A stretch of 64,000 nucleotides of DNA from Synergistales bacterium (GCA_963666205.1 OY762654.1:2592001-2656000), one strand, 5' to 3'. Positions 22,118-33,177 are shown, numbered from the stretch's first letter. Notes: generated by a model not told the origin, from the sequence alone. Numbers and translations: made by a program.

Positions 22118-23302
22118 ATGGCAGTAGCAATGACTTTCCTGAAGGAAGAGGTCCAGAGGCTCAAGGAAGAAGGCCTGTATACGAATATCCGCACTATTGA
22201 CGGTCCCCAGGGTGCCTGGGTTAACATTGAAGGGAAGAAATACCTTAATATGTGTTCCAATAACTACCTTGGCTTATGTAGCGAACCAAGGCTGGTTTCC
22301 AGGGTAAAGGAACTCATAGATCGTTTTGGGGTGGGTCCCGGTGCTGTAAGAACTATTGCCGGTACTTTGAGTATACATATAGAACTGGAGGATAAACTGG
22401 CTGAATTCAAGGGTACTGAGGCTTCTGCCCTTGTCCAGTCAGGTTTTTGCGCAAACCTTGCAGCGATTCCTTCCCTTGTAGGGAAAAACGACCTTATTTT
22501 CAGTGATGAACTTAACCATGCCTCCATAATTGATGGTTCCAGACTCAGCGGAGCTAAAATTGTTCGTTTCAGTCATAGTGATCATAATGACCTTGCCTTG
22601 AAGTTGGAGGAATATAAAGATCAAAACTGTAAAAAACTTGTCGTGACAGACGGAGTTTTTTCTATGGATGGAGATATTGCACCCCTGCCTGATCTTGTGG
22701 ATGTGGCGGAAAGATACGGCGCAATGATAATGGTTGATGACGCACACGGGGAAGGAGTGCTTGGAAGAGGTGGCCGGGGTATAGTTGATCATTTTGGTCT
22801 TCATGGCAGAGTTGATGTTGAAGTTGGAACTCTTTCGAAAGCTTTTGGCGTGGTGGGGGGATTTATTGCAGGCAGCAGAGACCTTATCGAATACATGAGG
22901 CAGAAGGCTCGCCCCAACCTTTTCAGTAGTGCCCTGACCGTTCCTGATGTTGCAGCTTGCCTTGCTGCTGTCGAAATACTTCAGGAAAGCGATGAGCTTG
23001 TAACAAGACTCTGGGATAATGGGAAATACCTTAAGGAAGAATTAAAAAAACTGGGATTCAACACAGGGAACAGTGAAACTCCCATAACTCCGGTTATCAT
23101 TGGAGAAGAGGTCGCGGCTAAAAAATTCAGTTCAAGGCTTTTCGATGAAGGGATTTTTGCAGGGGCTATCGCCTTTCCGACTGTTCCGAGGGGAAGGGCT
23201 AGAATTAGAGTGATGGTTTCTGCAGCGCACAGCAGAAAAGATCTTGATTTTGCTGTGGATAGATTTGCTCTTGTCGGAAGGGATCTTGAAATTATAGGTT
23301 AA
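22118..23302 (+). CDS. kbl: Glycine C-acetyltransferase / BioF-Kbl family PLP enzyme
   Basis: [53 protein letters not shown]. Confidence 0.85.
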   Translation: MAVAMTFLKEEVQRLKEEGLYTNIRTIDGPQGAWVNIEGKKYLNMCSNNYLGLCSEPRLVSRVKELIDRFGVGPGAVRTIAGTLSIHIELEDKLAEFKGTEASALVQSGFCANLAAIPSLVGKNDLIFSDELNHASIIDGSRLSGAKIVRFSHSDHNDLALKLEEYKDQNCKKLVVTDGVFSMDGDIAPLPDLVDVAERYGAMIMVDDAHGEGVLGRGGRGIVDHFGLHGRVDVEVGTLSKAFGVVGGFIAGSRDLIEYMRQKARPNLFSSALTVPDVAACLAAVEILQESDELVTRLWDNGKYLKEELKKLGFNTGNSETPITPVIIGEEVAAKKFSSRLFDEGIFAGAIAFPTVPRGRARIRVMVSAAHSRKDLDFAVDRFALVGRDLEIIG

Positions 23303-23403
23303 AAGATTCACTAGATTTTATCAGCATCATATCTTCTGAAAACTTTTCTTAGTGTATAATAATTCTAGCTTTGTTTCATCTATTTGAAGGAGGGGAAAGG
23401 TGT

Positions 23404-24537
23404 ATGAAGTTACGTAATGTTTTACTTGCAGGGCTCTTGGTTATGGTATTTGCGGGGATGGCTATGGCTGCAGATGTAATCAAAATTGGTGTATATGAGC
23501 CCATGACAGGACAGATGGCTTTTGGCGGGCAGCTGACAGTTGATGGTATGAAGCTTGCTCAGGAACAGGCACCAGAAGTGCTTGGGAAAAAGATCGAACT
23601 TATTATCGTTGATAATAAATCAGATAAGGTTGAGGCAGCTAATGCGGTCAAACGCCTGATTGATAAGGAAAAAGTAGTTGCGATCATAGGGAGTTACGGA
23701 TCTTCCCTTTCCATGGCAGGAGGAGAAGTGGCAGAAAAGGCTGGGATCCCTGTTATTACTGATTCCGCAACAAATCCTCTTGTAACCCAGGGGAAAAAAT
23801 ATTATTTCCGTATGTGTTTCATCGATCCATATCAGGGTGCTGCAGCTGCAACATATGCCTATGAGAATCTTGAGGCCCGCAAAGCTGCTCTTCTTGTTGA
23901 CGTAGCCCAGGATTACTCTGTCGGTCTGAGCAAATTCTTTAAAGATTCCTTCACCAAAAAAGGAGGGGAAGTACTTCCTCTTTATAAATATCAGTCTGGC
24001 GACCAGGATTTCACAGCTCAGCTTACTGATATGATCAGTAAGGGTGCCGATTTCCTCTTCATTCCTTCTTATTTTGCTGAGGGAGCCATTGTTATGAAAC
24101 AAGCCAGAGAACTTGGTTTTGAGGGAGACATCATGGGTGGAGATGCCATGGATAACCCGGATCTTGTAAAGATAGCCGGTGATTCCGCTGAAGGTTTCAG
24201 TTTCACCACCTTCCCCTATGCTCCTGAAATGCCTGATATGAATCCTGTAGCCAAGAAATTTACGGAACTCTGGAATGCCAAATACCCCGATCAGCTTCCC
24301 AATGCCAATTCCGCTCTTGGTTATGACTGCTACATGTTTGTCAGGGATATGATAGAAAAGGCCGGTTCAACAGATCCTGAAAAGATCACAGAAGCCTTCG
24401 CTTCTGCCAAGGATTGGCTTGGTGCAACTGGTTCAACTACAATCAATGAGAGCCATGATGCTGAAAAACCTGTGGGCATCAAGACCATAAAGAATGGCAA
24501 ACAGGTTTATGCTGCATCCATCAAACCGGAACTTTAG
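23404..24537 (+). CDS. livK: Branched-chain amino acid ABC transporter substrate-binding protein
   Basis: Signal peptide ...AMAADV, IKIG..PMTG, FRMCFIDPYQG, GDQDFTAQLT. Confidence 0.9.
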   Translation: MKLRNVLLAGLLVMVFAGMAMAADVIKIGVYEPMTGQMAFGGQLTVDGMKLAQEQAPEVLGKKIELIIVDNKSDKVEAANAVKRLIDKEKVVAIIGSYGSSLSMAGGEVAEKAGIPVITDSATNPLVTQGKKYYFRMCFIDPYQGAAAATYAYENLEARKAALLVDVAQDYSVGLSKFFKDSFTKKGGEVLPLYKYQSGDQDFTAQLTDMISKGADFLFIPSYFAEGAIVMKQARELGFEGDIMGGDAMDNPDLVKIAGDSAEGFSFTTFPYAPEMPDMNPVAKKFTELWNAKYPDQLPNANSALGYDCYMFVRDMIEKAGSTDPEKITEAFASAKDWLGATGSTTINESHDAEKPVGIKTIKNGKQVYAASIKPEL

Positions 24538-24580
24538 AATCTCTCTTCAGATATACATTTAGCCGTAAAGGAAGTTATGA

Positions 24581-24616
24581 AAGGTAAAGGGGGAGTTTAA
24601 GCTCCCTCTTTACCTT
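24581..24616 (+). terminator. Intercistronic hairpin after the binding-protein gene
   Basis: AAGGTAAAGGGGGAG...CTCCCTCTTTACCTT inverted repeat, typical attenuating/stabilising position. Confidence 0.65.
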
Positions 24617-24640
24617 AATCAATCTGAGAGGTGTGCTTAC

Positions 24641-25534
24641 ATGACATTGACCATGTTCATCCAGCACTTTTTCAACGCTCTCACCCTGGGGAGCCTCTAT
24701 GCCCTTATCGCCATAGGTTATACAATGGTGTATGGCATCTTGAGGCTCATCAACTTTGCCCATGGTGATGTGTTTATGCTGGGCGCTTACTTTATTTTTT
24801 ATACGGGTACCATATTTCACCTTCCATGGATCGTCGGTGTTACTCTGGCAATAATCCTTACATCATTCTGTGGTGTTCTTGTCGAAAGGGCTGCTTACAG
24901 GCCTCTTCGGGAAGCTCCCAGGATATCGGCCCTTATAAGTTCCATAGGAGTTTCCTTTTTTATAGAAAATCTTGCCATAGTTGTTTTTACAGGTATTCCC
25001 AAGCCCGTTGTCAGGCCTGACTGGCTGGTTAAAATAATAGAGATTCGTGGAGTGAGAATCCTTCCTCTTGCAATAGCTGTCCCCATAATGTGTTTAATAC
25101 TTGTAACAGGTTTATTATTCATAGTATACAAAACCAAGCCTGGTCTTGCTATGAGAGCCATTTCCAAGGATATCGAAACAACGAGGCTCATGGGCGTTTC
25201 AGTGAATAAGATAATTTCATTGACCTTTGGCCTGGGGTCGGCTCTTGCTGCTGCAGGCGGAATAATGTGGGCTCTCCGCTATCCGCAGATCCAGCCTCTT
25301 ATGGGGCTTATTCCCGGACTGAAGGCTTTCATAGCGGCTGTTCTTGGTGGGATAGGATCAATTCAGGGGGCAGTTATAGGAGGTCTGCTTCTTGGTTTTA
25401 TTGAGATCATGATAGTGGCTTTTTTCCCTGGCCTGTCAGGGTATAAGGATGCTTTTGCCTTTATCCTGCTGATTGCGATATTGCTTATTAAACCCACTGG
25501 GCTTATGGGTGAGAAAATAGAGGAGAAAGTATGA
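24641..25534 (+). CDS. livH: Branched-chain amino acid ABC permease
   Basis: YALIAIGYTMVYGILRLINFAHG, KAFIAAVLGGIGS. Confidence 0.95.
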   Translation: MTLTMFIQHFFNALTLGSLYALIAIGYTMVYGILRLINFAHGDVFMLGAYFIFYTGTIFHLPWIVGVTLAIILTSFCGVLVERAAYRPLREAPRISALISSIGVSFFIENLAIVVFTGIPKPVVRPDWLVKIIEIRGVRILPLAIAVPIMCLILVTGLLFIVYKTKPGLAMRAISKDIETTRLMGVSVNKIISLTFGLGSALAAAGGIMWALRYPQIQPLMGLIPGLKAFIAAVLGGIGSIQGAVIGGLLLGFIEIMIVAFFPGLSGYKDAFAFILLIAILLIKPTGLMGEKIEEKV

Positions 25535-26577
25535 TGGCCAGTAAACTGAGAAATCAGATTCTTACACTTCTTGCGATAGCAGCCCTGGGTGTGTTCCTTT
25601 GGTGGGCCAATACAAATCTGGATGGTTACAAGATACAGATCCTTAACCTTATAGCCATAAATGCCATTCTTGCTGTCAGCCTGAATCTTATTTATGGATT
25701 CACTGGAATGTTTTCTCTTGGCCATGCCGGGTTCATGTGTGTAGGAGCCTATGTATCCTCTCTATTGATACTGCCGCAGCTCCAGAAGGATGCTATTTTT
25801 ATCCTGGAACCGATGGCCAGACCAATTTATGCGGCCCATGCACCCTTCCTTGTTGCTGTTCTCCTTGGAGGTCTTGTAGCCTCGTTGTTTGGTCTCTTTA
25901 TTGCACTTCCTGTTCTGCGTCTTGGTGGAGATTATCTTGGTATAGCTACTCTTGGATTTGGCGAAATAATAAGAGTCTTTGCCAATAACCTTGTTCCCAT
26001 AACCAATGGAGCACTTGGTCTCAAGGGTATTCCAGCTTATGCGAATCTTTGGTGGAATTACGGATTTATGGTCTTTACCTTCTACTTCATATGGAGGATC
26101 GTGAACAGCAATTTCGGGAATGCTTTAAAGGCAATACGGGATGATGAAGTCGCAGCCCGTGCTATGGGAATAAACACCTATAAATACAGAGTTATTTCAT
26201 TTACTGTAGGTGCTTTCTTTGCCGGAATAGGCGGAGCACTCCTTGCAAGCCTCCTGACCACCATAGACCCGAAGATGTTCCTTTTTGTAATGACCTTCCA
26301 GGTTCTGATGATTGTAGTAACGGGAGGTCTGGGATCCATTACAGGGAGCATTTTCGGTTCGTTCATTATAACTGCACTCCTGGAATGGCTCCGTTTTGTG
26401 GAAAATCCGATGAATATCCTGGGACTTGAGATACCTGGTGTTCCTGGAATGAGAATGGTTATTTTTTCTCTTTCTCTGGTTCTGATAATAATTTTCAGAC
26501 GTGAAGGTGTAATGGGAATGAGAGAGTTTACATGGGATGGACTTTTCAGTCGTTTTTCAAAGAGAGGTGAGGCCTAA
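25531..26577 (+). CDS. livM: Branched-chain amino acid ABC permease
   Basis: GFTGMFSLGHAGF, LRLGGDYLGIATLGFGEI, AIRDDEVAA. Confidence 0.95.
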   Translation: MMASKLRNQILTLLAIAALGVFLWWANTNLDGYKIQILNLIAINAILAVSLNLIYGFTGMFSLGHAGFMCVGAYVSSLLILPQLQKDAIFILEPMARPIYAAHAPFLVAVLLGGLVASLFGLFIALPVLRLGGDYLGIATLGFGEIIRVFANNLVPITNGALGLKGIPAYANLWWNYGFMVFTFYFIWRIVNSNFGNALKAIRDDEVAARAMGINTYKYRVISFTVGAFFAGIGGALLASLLTTIDPKMFLFVMTFQVLMIVVTGGLGSITGSIFGSFIITALLEWLRFVENPMNILGLEIPGVPGMRMVIFSLSLVLIIIFRREGVMGMREFTWDGLFSRFSKRGEA

Positions 26578-27366
26578 ATGTCAGACAGAAGGATAATTCT
26601 TAAAACTCCAGGTCTTACCATGAGATTTGGCGGCCTTACAGCTGTTGATAACTTTGATATCGAGGTCCAGGAAGGTCGTATAGTCGGCCTCATAGGACCC
26701 AACGGTGCCGGAAAAACTACATGCTTCAACATGATAACCGGTTATTACAATCCTACCGAAGGTAAGATAATTTTCTACGATGATGATATTACAGGGATCC
26801 CTACGCACAAGGTTTGCCAGAAGGGCATAGCAAGAACATTCCAGAACATAAGGCTCTTTTATAACGAAACAGTTCTTCAGAATGTTATGATAGGGGCCCA
26901 CTTGAGACAGAAGAGCAAGTGGTGGTATGCTCCCTTCCATATTCCATCCTGTGCAAGGGAAGAGAAAGAGGTCAGGGATAGATCCATGTTTCTTCTTGAG
27001 ACTGTAGGGCTCGGAGATCTGGCCAATGAACAGGCCAATAGTTTGCCCTATGGTGAACAGCGTAGACTGGAGATAGCAAGGGCTCTTGCCACACAGCCCA
27101 GGTTTCTTCTACTAGACGAGCCTGCTGCCGGGATGAACCCTCAGGAATCCTGGGAGTTAATGCATTTCATACAGAAGACCAGGGAGGATTTTAACCTCAC
27201 GATACTTTTGATAGAACATGATATGAAGGTAGTCATGGGAGTCTGCGAACATATCTGGGTTCTGGATTATGGAAAGTTGATAGCGGAAGGAGCACCTGAG
27301 GAGATCCAGGCCAACTCCAAAGTTATTGAAGCTTATCTTGGAGAGGAGTACGTCCAGAATGCTTAA
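26578..27366 (+). CDS. livG: Branched-chain amino acid ABC ATPase
   Basis: GPNGAGKTT, ARTFQNIRLF, LLDEPAAGMN, EAYLG. Confidence 0.95.
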   Translation: MSDRRIILKTPGLTMRFGGLTAVDNFDIEVQEGRIVGLIGPNGAGKTTCFNMITGYYNPTEGKIIFYDDDITGIPTHKVCQKGIARTFQNIRLFYNETVLQNVMIGAHLRQKSKWWYAPFHIPSCAREEKEVRDRSMFLLETVGLGDLANEQANSLPYGEQRRLEIARALATQPRFLLLDEPAAGMNPQESWELMHFIQKTREDFNLTILLIEHDMKVVMGVCEHIWVLDYGKLIAEGAPEEIQANSKVIEAYLGEEYVQNA

Positions 27367-28075
27367 GGTCGAAGGTCTTCATGTCTACTACGGTGGCATT
27401 CATGCGGTCAAAGGGATCAATATCGAAGTTCCCAGGGGCAAGATAGTAACCCTTATCGGAGCTAATGGTGCTGGAAAGAGCAGCACCATCAGAGCTGTTT
27501 CCGGTCTTTTGAAACAGGCTAAAGGTACCATATCTTATAATGGCAACGGTGAAAGCAGAAATATTCTCGGACTATCTCCGGAGGACATAGTCCGTAGAGG
27601 AATAGTAATGTGTCCAGAAGGAAGAAGGATCCTTCCTCATCTTACAGTCTTTGAAAACCTGATGCTTGGTGCCTATACAAGAAATGACAAAAAAGCCATC
27701 AGGAAGGATCTGGACTGGGTTTATGAGCTTTTCCCAAGAATGAAGGAACGAACCTGGCAGAAAGGCGGGACCCTTAGCGGAGGAGAACAGCAGATGCTTG
27801 CAGTCGGTCGTGCCATAATGAGTGCCCCCGAAGTGATAATGCTGGATGAACCTTCTCTGGGATTAGCCCCCCTTCTTGTTAAAGAGGTTTTTGATATTAT
27901 TGGACAGATCAATGCAGAGGGCAAGACGGTGCTTCTGGTTGAACAGAATGCCTATGCTGCATTAAAGATTGCAGATTACGCCTATGTTCTGGAAGTCGGG
28001 AACATTGTCCTTGAGGGGCCGGGAAAAGAATTGCTGGAGGATCAGCGGGTGAAGGAAGCCTACCTTGGTGGATGA
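27359..28075 (+). CDS. livF: Branched-chain amino acid ABC ATPase
   Basis: GANGAGKS, LSGGEQQML, LDEPSLGLAP, LVEQNA. Confidence 0.95.
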   Translation: MLKVEGLHVYYGGIHAVKGINIEVPRGKIVTLIGANGAGKSSTIRAVSGLLKQAKGTISYNGNGESRNILGLSPEDIVRRGIVMCPEGRRILPHLTVFENLMLGAYTRNDKKAIRKDLDWVYELFPRMKERTWQKGGTLSGGEQQMLAVGRAIMSAPEVIMLDEPSLGLAPLLVKEVFDIIGQINAEGKTVLLVEQNAYAALKIADYAYVLEVGNIVLEGPGKELLEDQRVKEAYLGG

Positions 28076-28101
28076 TCCAGCCTGAAAGAGTTTGTTTGTT
28101 G

Positions 28102-28151
28102 AATAATAAAGATTCTGGGCCGGCAGATGCCGGCCCGGAATCTTTATTATT
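28102..28151. terminator. Long inverted repeat / terminator after the liv operon
   Basis: AATAATAAAGATTCTGGGCCGGCA-GA-TGCCGGCCCGGAATCTTTATTATT. Confidence 0.8.
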
Positions 28152-28200
28152 GGTATATACTATAATCTGGTTTTTTATTTCTAAAGGAGGGGCTCTTTAT

Positions 28201-28773
28201 ATGGCTGCCATGAATCTTCCAAATCTATTGAGTTTCTCGAGAGTATTTTTAGCGCCTCTGGTAATGGTTTTTCTGACCATGAAGATCAACATAGGGGTTT
28301 TCCCCCTTGAGGAATTGGGAGTAGATGTCAGTTACGGAGATATTCTTGCAGGAATAGTATTCATCATTGCGGCCCTTACGGATACAGCAGATGGTTATAT
28401 AGCCCGTAAAAAGGGGATTGTGACTAACCTCGGGAAATTTATCGATCCACTGGCAGACAAGATCCTTGTCATAGCTGCCCTTATATCTCTTGTTGAACTT
28501 CAGAGATTACCCGCATGGATCGTGGTTGTGATAATCTCCAGGGATATGATGGTAACAGGTCTGAGGATGGTGGCTTCTGCTGAAGGCATTGTAATAGCTG
28601 CTTCGAGATTGGGAAAATGGAAAACAGTAAGTCAGATAGTTGCCATATGTCTCATGATATTCAACTTCCCGGGAGGGCTTGCTGCCATGTGGTTTGCCAT
28701 GATAATGACAGTGTGGTCCGGTGTTGATTATCTCATTAGAGGGAAAAATATCATTTTTAACACAAACTCTTAA
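28201..28773 (+). CDS. pgsA: CDP-diacylglycerol--glycerol-3-phosphate 3-phosphatidyltransferase
   Basis: MNLPN.L...R, TDTADGYIARK....TNLGKFIDPLADK, GKWKT; AAGGAGG before ATG 28201. Confidence 0.95.
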   Translation: MAAMNLPNLLSFSRVFLAPLVMVFLTMKINIGVFPLEELGVDVSYGDILAGIVFIIAALTDTADGYIARKKGIVTNLGKFIDPLADKILVIAALISLVELQRLPAWIVVVIISRDMMVTGLRMVASAEGIVIAASRLGKWKTVSQIVAICLMIFNFPGGLAAMWFAMIMTVWSGVDYLIRGKNIIFNTNS

Positions 28774-28796
28774 CCGATGGAGAAGAGATACTGGAC

Positions 28797-29215
28797 ATGT
28801 CCGCAATCTTTTCTGAGGTCATGTCCCTTAAGGATGAAATGGTCAGGGTCTTACCTTTCCTGGTGTCCTGTCCAGGTCTTGTTCCTCTTAAGAGAGGGGA
28901 GGGAGAACTCCTGAACGCTGAACATCTTGCCCTGGTTCTTAAGCAATCAGGCCCCTCCGACATTACCTGGTATAGCTCTAAGGATAATTGAGTCCCCCTG
29001 GATATAGACCTGGCATTACAGTCAAGATTTCTGGGAAAGATATTCAGGGATCTGACATTCAGGCGCTTGTATGGGCACAGAAAGCTTATGTTGCCGATAT
29101 TCCCAATGAATATGCTGTTATAGAGTATATGGTAAACGAAGCCAATGTCTTTGTCCTGATGATGTCGGGGATAGGAATTGATCCGGAGATTCTTATCCTT
29201 CCCCTTCATGTTTAA
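28797..29215 (+). pseudogene. Internally deleted, frameshifted remnant of an M20 (ArgE/DapE-like) metallohydrolase gene
   Basis: N-terminal-like GEGELLNAE...GYRP.ITVKISGK joined to C-terminal-like ALVWAQ...PNEYAVIEYMVNEANVF; stop at 28989-28991 and an adjacent frameshift; catalytic core absent. Confidence 0.65.
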
Positions 29216-30365
29216 GTAGTGGCCAGATCCAGAGCCTGAGAGAAAATAGATAAAGTATTATTAAGACTGAAATAAACTGAAGCATCCATCCATAGCTGCG
29301 GAATTGAGCCAGGCCTGCTGCAGCCAGAGGAGCCAAAACCCAGACAGCATCGATAAAAGTGTTAAAAAGTGTAAACATTGGTGTCATCAGCTCTCTTGGT
29401 GTGAGTCTGGAAATTTGAGCAAAGAGAAGGGGATATAGTATCCCTGTCCCAAGGCCGAAAAGGATCCCCCCTGTGATCAGTGCTCCAGTAGACATTCCCC
29501 AGCATGCTGTAGTAAGACCCGTTGCTGCGCAGTAAAATCCGGGTTTCAGAAGTCTGGTTTCAAAGCTGTCCACCAACCTGGAGATGAACAGCCTTACCAG
29601 TAGTGATACCCCTGATGCCGGTAAAAGGAAAGCGCTGCCATAGGATCCCCATTCTTTTGCCCCATTGGCCATATAGGGAAGAACCGGTGCGGAAAGCATT
29701 GCAAACGCACTTGCCGAGAGAAGGATGGCTCGTATATTTCCGTTTTTCCACGCCATATTCAGAACGGTAAGCAGGGGGATTCGAGGCGTTGTCTTTTCAT
29801 TCTGTCGAGATAGTCCATTAGCCAGGAATGAAGATATTAAACAAGCCATAAGGGCAATAAAGACTGTCAGTTTCAGATAGCCCTCCAGTACCAGCCACTC
29901 AGCCAAAGGGAAAAAAGTCAGTTGTGGAATAATTGGAGCGAGGCCTGCGAGGCCGAATCCGGCACCTCTTATTTCAGGGGGAAGAATCTTTGCATTGTGA
30001 ATATTGTTTGCAAGGATAAATAGGCCCCAACCAGTTCCCTGGATCAATCTGCCAATAAGTATGAGATAAAATGGTGGCATCATGTTGAGGATCGTGATCC
30101 CTGATGCCATAATAAGACCCCCTGCCAGCAATCCCTTTCGTGTTCCGTATCTGTGAAGGAATGCATTGCTCCAGGGTCTGCTTCCTATAAGCGCTATTTC
30201 AAAAGATATCCATGCAAGTCCCACCGAGAGAGGTGAATAACCCTTCAAGCTAAGGATCAGCGGATACAGGAAAAAAATGGCCATTGATGTGTAACAGGCA
30301 AAGGAACTAAAAAGACATGTAAGAAATTCTTTCGGAAGTGAATCTATCCGGGATCGTATTTTCAT
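29193..30365 (-). CDS. Major facilitator superfamily transporter
   Basis: 390 aa, about 12 hydrophobic segments, HRYGTRK, GRLIQGTG, PPEIRGAGFG. Confidence 0.88.
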   Translation of the reverse strand: MKIRSRIDSLPKEFLTCLFSSFACYTSMAIFFLYPLILSLKGYSPLSVGLAWISFEIALIGSRPWSNAFLHRYGTRKGLLAGGLIMASGITILNMMPPFYLILIGRLIQGTGWGLFILANNIHNAKILPPEIRGAGFGLAGLAPIIPQLTFFPLAEWLVLEGYLKLTVFIALMACLISSFLANGLSRQNEKTTPRIPLLTVLNMAWKNGNIRAILLSASAFAMLSAPVLPYMANGAKEWGSYGSAFLLPASGVSLLVRLFISRLVDSFETRLLKPGFYCAATGLTTACWGMSTGALITGGILFGLGTGILYPLLFAQISRLTPRELMTPMFTLFNTFIDAVWVLAPLAAAGLAQFRSYGWMLQFISVLIILYLFSLRLWIWPLLKHEGEG

Positions 30366-30396
30366 CTTCTCCTGTCAGTAAAATTACGGGTATTCT

Positions 30397-30426
30397 TTGA
30401 CCCGATCTTGTACAAAAGCATATAAT
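30397..30426 (+). promoter_or_regulatory. Sigma70-type promoter for secA
   Basis: TTGACC-18 bp-TATAAT. Confidence 0.6.
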
Positions 30427-30492
30427 ATATCCCTTAGTAAGAACTATATGTCAAGAAAAATATCCGCATAAACCTTTTGAGGTGAAAAATAT

Positions 30493-33177
30493 ATGTTGAA
30501 AAGTTTAAAGAAAGCCTTTGGTCTGGATCCGAATGAACGAGCCCTGAAAAGATACAGGGAGATTGCAGACATGATCAACTCTATCGAAGAGGAAGTAAGT
30601 TCTTTATCGGATTCGGAACTGGTATCTCACATGACTCTGTTCAGGGAACGCATTGCCAATGGAGAAACTCTGGATGATCTTCTGGTGGATGTCTTTGCAG
30701 TCGTCAGGGAAGTTTCCGTAAGAACCATGGGTATGCGCCATTTTGATGTCCAGTTAATGGGAGGGATTGCCCTTCATGAAGCGAATATTGCTGAAATGAA
30801 GACTGGGGAAGGCAAGACTCTTGTTGCTACCCTTGCGGTGGTCCTTAACTCGCTGGAAGGCAAAGGAGTTCATCTCATTACGGTCAATGATTACCTTGCA
30901 AGAAGAGACGCCGAATGGATGAAACCCATCTATTCCTTCCTCGGGCTTTCCGTAGGGGTGATATACCCTTCAATGAGCAATGAAGAAAGGGTTGCCGCCT
31001 ATAAGGCCGATATCACCTATGGGACTAACAGCGAGTTCGGCTTTGATTATCTTCGTGATAACATGGTGATCTCTGCTGCCCAGATGGTTCAGAGAGGCCA
31101 TCACTTCTGTATTGTTGACGAAGTGGACTCTATCCTTATTGATGAGGCCAGAACCCCGCTGATAATCTCTGGTCCTTCAGAGGACAGCACGGAACCCTAC
31201 GTTAAGGCGGACAGACTGGCGAGGCAGTTAAAAAAAGATGTAGATTTTGAGGTGGATGAAAAAGAAAAGAATCTTGCACTGACAGAAGATGGAATAACGA
31301 GGTGTGAAAATATCCTTTCTGTACCGACTCTTTTCTCGGATATCTCCTATTCTGATCTTGCCCATAGGATAATACAGGCTCTTAAGGCTCATGTCCTTTT
31401 CCAGAAAGATGTCCACTATGTTGTAAAGGACGGGCAGATAATTATTGTTGACGAGTTTACCGGTCGTCTTATGGTCGGAAGGCGTTACTCGGATGGACTG
31501 CACCAGGCTATAGAGGCAAAGGAAAAGGTTCAGATAGGAAAGGAAAGCCAGACCCTTGCGACTATTACTCTTCAGAATTACTTCAGGATGTACGGTAAAC
31601 TGGCTGGAATGACAGGTACTGCGGTTACTGAGGCGGAAGAGTTCAAAGATATTTACGGTTTAGGTGTGGTGGTTATACCTACCAATGAACCGATGGTGAG
31701 GATAGATAATCCTGATGTTATTTTCAGGAGCAGGGAAGAGAAGTTCATTGCAGTTGCAGAAGAAGTGGAGGAAACACACGAACAGGGATGTCCTGTACTG
31801 ATAGGTACTACCTCAATTGAAAGTTCTGAAAAAGTCAGCAGACTTTTAAAAGCCAGAAAAATCCCCCATCAGGTCCTTAATGCTAAACATCATGAAAAGG
31901 AAGCCCAGATAGTAGCTCAGGCTGGGCACCTTGGAGCTGTTACTGTTGCTACTAACATGGCTGGAAGAGGAACAGATATAATGCTCGGAGGTAACCCTGA
32001 ATTCCTGACCATGCAGGAGGCTGAAAAACAGAGCCTTGATATCGAGAAAGACAGTGAAAGGATCCACCGGATCCTTCAGGAAAAAAAGACCGTCTGTAAT
32101 GAAGAAAGCAGTCGTGTGAAGGAACTTGGAGGATTAAAGATCATCGGTACAGAACGTCATGAATCAAGAAGAATAGATAATCAGTTAAGGGGAAGATCAG
32201 GACGACAGGGAGACCCTGGATCAAGTCGTTTCTACCTTGCCCTTGAGGATGACCTTTTAAGACTTTTTGGTTCTGAAAGAATACAGGGGATAATGGGTAA
32301 GCTTGGACTGCAGGAGGGAGAAGCCATTGAACATGGACTTCTCACCAAGGCTATAGAATCTGCCCAGAAAAAAGTGGAACAGCTTCACTTCGACATAAGA
32401 AAACAACTCCTTGCTTTTGATAATGTTATGAATCAGCAGCGGGAAGCGGTATATACGGAACGTCAGCGTATCCTGAGGGACGAAGACATCCTTTCCCATA
32501 CATGGGAGATCATAGAAGGGGTTGCCCTGGATGTTTTTGAACAGTGTTATCCAGAAAATGGTGATGCAGAACCTGAAAGAGCAAAGGCAAAGCTCAAGAA
32601 CCTTTTTGGCCCAGGTCTTGAAAGATTTCTTGAAGGAGTAGACCATACTCGTGATCTGGAGCCAGTGAAAACAAACATTCTGGATGAACTTAAAAAACGT
32701 TTTGATACGAAAATATCCCGGATGGATGATGAAACCCGTGAAGGTCTTTTCCGTTTTATCGTTCTTCATACTCTGGATCAGAACTGGAAAGATCATCTTC
32801 TTGCCCAGGATGAACTGAGAAAGGGTATAGGATTGAGGGCTATTGGTCAGAAGGATCCTCTTCTTGAATATCAATTTGAATCATATAATCTTTTCCAGGA
32901 GATGATGGAGAGAGTCAGGGATACAATTGCTGAACTGTCAATGAGAGTTTCTGTTGTTTCTGAAAAACCAGGGATGAATTCCATCCGCAAAGAAAAAAAT
33001 GTTGTTGAAAGCAGGGAACTTGATCTTTCTTCCTTCGGTGGATCATCAATGGACGAGCTGCCTGAAAGACATCAACGGAGGGAACCCCTTAGAAAGACAC
33101 AGAAAGTTGGTCGAAATGAACCTTGTCCATGTGGAAGTGGGAAAAAATATAAACATTGTTGTGGAAAAAATTCATGA
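30493..33177 (+). CDS. secA: Preprotein translocase ATPase
   Basis: EMKTGEGKTL, DEVDSILIDEARTPLIISG, ATNMAGRGTDI, C-terminal CPCGSGKKYKHCC. Confidence 0.99.
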   Translation: MLKSLKKAFGLDPNERALKRYREIADMINSIEEEVSSLSDSELVSHMTLFRERIANGETLDDLLVDVFAVVREVSVRTMGMRHFDVQLMGGIALHEANIAEMKTGEGKTLVATLAVVLNSLEGKGVHLITVNDYLARRDAEWMKPIYSFLGLSVGVIYPSMSNEERVAAYKADITYGTNSEFGFDYLRDNMVISAAQMVQRGHHFCIVDEVDSILIDEARTPLIISGPSEDSTEPYVKADRLARQLKKDVDFEVDEKEKNLALTEDGITRCENILSVPTLFSDISYSDLAHRIIQALKAHVLFQKDVHYVVKDGQIIIVDEFTGRLMVGRRYSDGLHQAIEAKEKVQIGKESQTLATITLQNYFRMYGKLAGMTGTAVTEAEEFKDIYGLGVVVIPTNEPMVRIDNPDVIFRSREEKFIAVAEEVEETHEQGCPVLIGTTSIESSEKVSRLLKARKIPHQVLNAKHHEKEAQIVAQAGHLGAVTVATNMAGRGTDIMLGGNPEFLTMQEAEKQSLDIEKDSERIHRILQEKKTVCNEESSRVKELGGLKIIGTERHESRRIDNQLRGRSGRQGDPGSSRFYLALEDDLLRLFGSERIQGIMGKLGLQEGEAIEHGLLTKAIESAQKKVEQLHFDIRKQLLAFDNVMNQQREAVYTERQRILRDEDILSHTWEIIEGVALDVFEQCYPENGDAEPERAKAKLKNLFGPGLERFLEGVDHTRDLEPVKTNILDELKKRFDTKISRMDDETREGLFRFIVLHTLDQNWKDHLLAQDELRKGIGLRAIGQKDPLLEYQFESYNLFQEMMERVRDTIAELSMRVSVVSEKPGMNSIRKEKNVVESRELDLSSFGGSSMDELPERHQRREPLRKTQKVGRNEPCPCGSGKKYKHCCGKNS

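Noticed and set aside
28989-28991. TGA in the M20 remnant as a second selenocysteine
   Set aside because: Not at a Cys-type position, and similarity continues only after a frameshift
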